Origin: Candidatus Micrarchaeota archaeon
GTDB taxonomy: Archaea; Micrarchaeota; Micrarchaeia; Micrarchaeales; Micrarchaeaceae
Direction: 5' to 3'
Length of the DNA: 18,307 bases
NCBI GenBank assembly: GCA_027345565.1
Contig: DAHWIF010000015.1
Coordinates: 1 to 18,307 of the forward strand
Of this stretch, positions 14,828 to 18,307 are shown in pieces. Below the pieces are notes generated by a model. That model was not told where the DNA came from. It was given only the letters and a program-made list of their open reading frames with translations, and made no database searches. The position numbers and the translations under genes are program-made. Position 1 is the stretch's first letter, and every line of letters starts with the position of its first letter.

Positions 14828-16312
14828 ATGCTGTGCGGTGTAAACATCCAACAGACAAGTGCAAGTGCAAAACCAGTAGCGGGCACCGCCCATTACCACA
14901 AGCCGCTTGAGATAGGCGACAACGCCCTTGTGAGCAAAATATTCAGGCTCGATACGCCGCTACCAATAAAATCCAAGGCGTGGCGTTGGCTTGACGAGGG
15001 GATGAGGCGCGAGAGCAGGTTCTTCGAGTTCAATTACAGGTCACACATGCCGAAGCGCGATGCGGGCGAAGGCGCGTCGTATGTCGTGTCGAAGGTAGTC
15101 GTAGAGAGCGCCCCGCAGCAAGCGGTTGACGTGGTCAGCCTACTGATAGATGAGGCGGCAAAGGAATGGGATAGGAATCATGCAATAATGTCGTGGAACG
15201 AATACTTTGCGATGGAGTTGCCGAAAGAGGTAATCGAGGATGCATCGGTGAGAGCCAGGCAAAAGAATCCGCTGCGCGACATGCTGAGGGATTTCAGGCC
15301 GACGAGCCGCAGGGATACGATGAACATGTGCGCAGGCTGCTCCGGATTTGCCGGAGAGTTATCCCTGAGGGAGAAGGTAGCGTTATGGAAGCTCAATAAT
15401 CACAGTACCAGGATACGATATGCCATAAGAGGGTGCATATCAGCGAGCAAACTGCCCGGCACGGCCGATAGGAGGATCCCTGATATGATCTCAGACTACA
15501 TATACGGCAAAAAAGTGGATGAGACCATGGAGATGCATAAGGGCACCGTAGCGCATGAGATACTGGAGCTGCGCAGAAACCCGACAAGGGATATCACCGA
15601 GCTTTTTAGGAAGCTGCTGCAGGGCGGATGGGTCGCATGGGTGCTCCCAATATGCGATCCCAGCGAGCCTAAAAGGGCGATAACGCCCGATATAGTGTAC
15701 TCGAAGCTGGACAAGACAGAGGGCGGATACCACATTACCCATATGATCGGAGAGGACAAGCATGCGGGCAGGCTAGACTACTGGAGGCAGGTCGATGCAG
15801 AGGCAATGATAATGCAATACCGGTATTGGCTCATACATTCGAATGTCATAAAGGCAGAGTTCCACAAGACTCCTGGTGTGCCTTTCAACTCCTTTCTCGC
15901 GCAGAAGTTGGGCATAGCATTCCAAGAGACGATCCGCGTGGATGTCTACCGCTTCATAAACCTGTATGATGAATGGAGCAATCCATCGGATCCGTATCAC
16001 GAGCACATAATGAACGGCATCGCGTTGCCTGAAGGAATCGAGCCGCCTGCGCACTGGTCAAGGGATGGCAAGACTGACCCGGAGAACCTGGAGAACGAGA
16101 GGTGGGTCAGGAAAGCGAAGAAGGAGAGGGACGAGGCCTTGTACGCGGCATGGCAGGCGGAGTTAAACAACGTATCGCCGCAGGACATAGAGGCGTACAT
16201 GCTGCAGCATCCGGGCGAGCCTGAAGACGAGATGGACCTAACAGGCGGTGCGCTTAACTTTTACGGGCCCAGGATGCGAGAGATACTCAGGGAGACGGAG
16301 ACAGGCGATTAG
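14828..16312 (+). CDS. Hypothetical protein with a divergent PD-(D/E)XK (RecB/AddB/Cas4/Exo5-like) nuclease domain
   Basis: Motifs in expected order: ISASKL, MHKGTVAHEILE (GxxxH), ITPDIV (motif II Asp), IGEDK (ExK), YWRQVDAE (motif IV Gln). About 200-aa unrecognised N-terminus with CAGC. Confidence 0.6.
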   Translation: MLCGVNIQQTSASAKPVAGTAHYHKPLEIGDNALVSKIFRLDTPLPIKSKAWRWLDEGMRRESRFFEFNYRSHMPKRDAGEGASYVVSKVVVESAPQQAVDVVSLLIDEAAKEWDRNHAIMSWNEYFAMELPKEVIEDASVRARQKNPLRDMLRDFRPTSRRDTMNMCAGCSGFAGELSLREKVALWKLNNHSTRIRYAIRGCISASKLPGTADRRIPDMISDYIYGKKVDETMEMHKGTVAHEILELRRNPTRDITELFRKLLQGGWVAWVLPICDPSEPKRAITPDIVYSKLDKTEGGYHITHMIGEDKHAGRLDYWRQVDAEAMIMQYRYWLIHSNVIKAEFHKTPGVPFNSFLAQKLGIAFQETIRVDVYRFINLYDEWSNPSDPYHEHIMNGIALPEGIEPPAHWSRDGKTDPENLENERWVRKAKKERDEALYAAWQAELNNVSPQDIEAYMLQHPGEPEDEMDLTGGALNFYGPRMREILRETETGD

Positions 16313-16432
16313 GCGGCTGGCCGGCCCGTAGAGTTGGCATATCCGACCATCCCAATATACCTAACCGTATTGAGGAATGCGGCAATCCTCGATACATATA
16401 AATATCATGTGTGCAGCAGATTATTCGGTATT

Positions 16433-17365
16433 ATGTTGGCGACTAGCGTGGCCGGGCAGTCAGGCGACAGCAGCACAAAAAAGGCACCTGAGAGCGGGAG
16501 CGAGCAGCGCCAGAAGCTCGGGCTCACCCCAAGGGGCTGGAAAGGGTACTTGGGAGAAGCGCTTAAGTCATATGTGGCAAGTAACGTGTCTCAGGATATC
16601 AAGAAAGAGAGGGCGTGCATCAGGATGATGTCCGACATTTTCAGCAGGGAGAAAGTTGTAAACGGCGAAAAGGCAGAACCGGTTGCAACCCCGATAATAG
16701 CGCTGATTGGTGGATGGGCCGTATACGCGAGGAGCGGCCTGAGGAGGTCGCACGACGTGGATGTCGTTGTCAACAACGCAGGGTGGGAAGACCTCCAAGA
16801 GATGGCGCGGCAGAGGGGTTGGGCCATAAAGAGAAACGAGGTGCTGAGGAAGCACGAGATTAAGGCTAAGGACTGGGAAAGCGGAGAGAGCATAGACATA
16901 GATGTTTACGTAGGCTATCAGGACGAGCTGATAATACCTCCGCAGAAGATACTGTCGGACTACAGCACGCTAAGATCGATGCCTTACCTCGACCAGGGGG
17001 TGCGCATGGTGAGCACGGAGGCGCTGCTGGCGATGAAGCTGGTCATGTCTGCCGACAGCACCAGGGTAAAGGATCCGATAGACGTAGTCGGGCTGGTGAC
17101 CCTGATTGTCCCAACGCCCGACATGCACGAGGTTGGTCGCATACTCAACGAGAATCTGAGGGGCGATCCCGAAAGGCTAGGCAGGTGCTTGAGGCACTTC
17201 TCCGAACTGATGAACGAGATGGTAAAGGGAACGATAGCGTTCTCCAACAACGAGGACCAGGAGAAGGTCAGGCAGCTGATAGACGGGCTTGGCATGGAAC
17301 TCAAGGAGGGCGCGCTGAGGGGAGGCGACGGCCTGTTAAGAAGGGCGATAGGCGACCTTTTCTAG
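16433..17365 (+). CDS. Pol-beta superfamily nucleotidyltransferase (AbiEii/DUF6036-like)
   Basis: LIGGWAV...RRSHDVDVVV (GG + DxD), IDIDVY (third Asp), EALLAMKL, RVKDPIDV. Start re-called to ATG 16433 behind TATAAATA at 16397-16404. Confidence 0.75.
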   Translation: MLATSVAGQSGDSSTKKAPESGSEQRQKLGLTPRGWKGYLGEALKSYVASNVSQDIKKERACIRMMSDIFSREKVVNGEKAEPVATPIIALIGGWAVYARSGLRRSHDVDVVVNNAGWEDLQEMARQRGWAIKRNEVLRKHEIKAKDWESGESIDIDVYVGYQDELIIPPQKILSDYSTLRSMPYLDQGVRMVSTEALLAMKLVMSADSTRVKDPIDVVGLVTLIVPTPDMHEVGRILNENLRGDPERLGRCLRHFSELMNEMVKGTIAFSNNEDQEKVRQLIDGLGMELKEGALRGGDGLLRRAIGDLF

Positions 17366-17384
17366 CGCTTTTCCCAATCTGGCT

Positions 17385-18101
17385 CTATCCAAATATCTTT
17401 GCAAGCCAGTCCCATATGCCCTTGAAGAAGCTGTATATCCCGGACAGCGACGATCCAACATCGGAAAGCGTACCGGTTATGCTCTGCCTGGCAGCGCCGA
17501 GGTGTGCAACTCCAGTGCTAGTCATAGTGCCGTTCTCTGCATTTGAGTACAATGTGGCGTTTTTCCCCTCAAAGGTGTACCCAGGCATAAGGAGCTGTAT
17601 GCCCGTGCTGTTCGATACGGGCACGAGGGAAAGGGGGCCGCGGAACGTCACATTGTAGCCTGCCTTCTGCGCAACGTTTGTGGCTTGCTGCGCGGTGAGC
17701 AGGCTTGCAGGGTCGTAAGGCATCACAACATCGTTGTAGGCGAATAGCTTCAACGAGGCGCAGCCCGCCGCCGTATCGTTGATGAGCACGAACACAAGCG
17801 ACGGCGTGGCGGTGAGATTGTCTGGGCCGTCGAAGCGGTAGTTTGTATAGATGAGATAGGATGAGCCAGGCTTCGATCCAGCCGTGTAGTTTATCACATT
17901 GGGATATATAATCTGCGCAGTGCTGAAGCCTGTGAAGTTGTAGTAGTGGTAGATCCAGCCTATGTTCCCTGTAATGCCGACGAGCTTTGCGCCAGAGTAA
18001 TTGGCTATCTGGGGTGCGGTGCATGCTATGCTCTGCGCGCCGGCGGTCGATGCAACGAATGTTATGAGCAGCGCCGCAAGCACGATGTACCTAATCGCCA
18101 T
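17385..18101 (-). CDS. Secreted/surface protein with a PepSY-like segment and C-terminal amphipathic helix
   Basis: Start re-called to 18101 (MAIRYIVLAALLITFVASTAGA|QS, Sec signal peptide); TATA on the - strand near 18123-18130. LLTAQQATNVAQKAG...LYSNAENGTM; ends SFFKGIWDWLAKIFG. Confidence 0.65.
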   Translation of the reverse strand: MAIRYIVLAALLITFVASTAGAQSIACTAPQIANYSGAKLVGITGNIGWIYHYYNFTGFSTAQIIYPNVINYTAGSKPGSSYLIYTNYRFDGPDNLTATPSLVFVLINDTAAGCASLKLFAYNDVVMPYDPASLLTAQQATNVAQKAGYNVTFRGPLSLVPVSNSTGIQLLMPGYTFEGKNATLYSNAENGTMTSTGVAHLGAARQSITGTLSDVGSSLSGIYSFFKGIWDWLAKIFG

Positions 18102-18172
18102 ATCTGCTTTGCTCACACACACTATAAAAAAGTATCTGCAAAGACAGCGGCCCATGAGCTATCTGGATAACT

Positions 18173-18245
18173 GCGGCATCCTCCTAGGGCTAAAGCCCGA
18201 GGCTTCCACGGCATTCATTCCAGGCTATGTCCTTCGAAGCCGTGG
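18173..18245 (-). mobile_element. Orphan IS200/IS605 right-end-like hairpin / omegaRNA-like remnant
   Basis: The - strand reads GAAG-CCTCGGGC-TTTA-GCCCTAGG-AGGATGCCGC, the same layout as the tnpB right end GAAC-CTCCTATC-CTTCA-GATAGGAG-AGGATGTCAG. Preceded by a CCACGGC/GCCGTGG stem. Confidence 0.55.
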
Positions 18246-18307
18246 TTTTTTTGGCCCCGGCTTTGCACTTTTAAGCCAAAATTATGAACTATAAAAATGC
18301 AACCTAT

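Noticed and set aside
18001-18294. 97-aa + strand ORF
   Set aside because: It overlaps the secreted-protein start and the structured IS-end-like region, and its composition is not protein-like.
1-18307. CRISPR array associated with the TnpB (Cas12f/Cas14-like) or the Cas4-like gene
   Set aside because: No regularly spaced 25-40 nt repeats were seen. The TnpB is bounded by IS ends instead.

Overview
Archaeal chromosomal window. TATA boxes lie about 21-29 nt before start codons, the tRNA lacks a genomic CCA, and class III prepilins are present; gene style suggests a DPANN/Micrarchaeota-like organism (inference). In order: 3' end of a Trm5-family tRNA methyltransferase, scpA-scpB, a PduO-type cobalamin adenosyltransferase, and tRNA-Val(CAC). 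Next comes a type IV pilus-like operon (ATPase, two diverged TadB/C-like membrane proteins, six prepilin-like proteins including a 443-aa adhesin-like one, and a small membrane protein). It is followed by an AT-rich, TnpA-less IS200/IS605-family element at about 8613-9883. This element carries an RHH-like gene missing from the ORF track, an intact compact TnpB, readable left and right ends, and an omegaRNA-like scaffold. Then come a sugar cluster (GT2, cupin isomerase, HddA-like GHMP kinase), SIMPL and membrane proteins, a divergent PD-(D/E)XK nuclease followed by a Pol-beta/AbiEii-like nucleotidyltransferase, and a secreted PepSY-like protein. Near the window end is an orphan IS200/IS605 right-end/omegaRNA-like structure with its own TATA box. 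No CRISPR array was seen.
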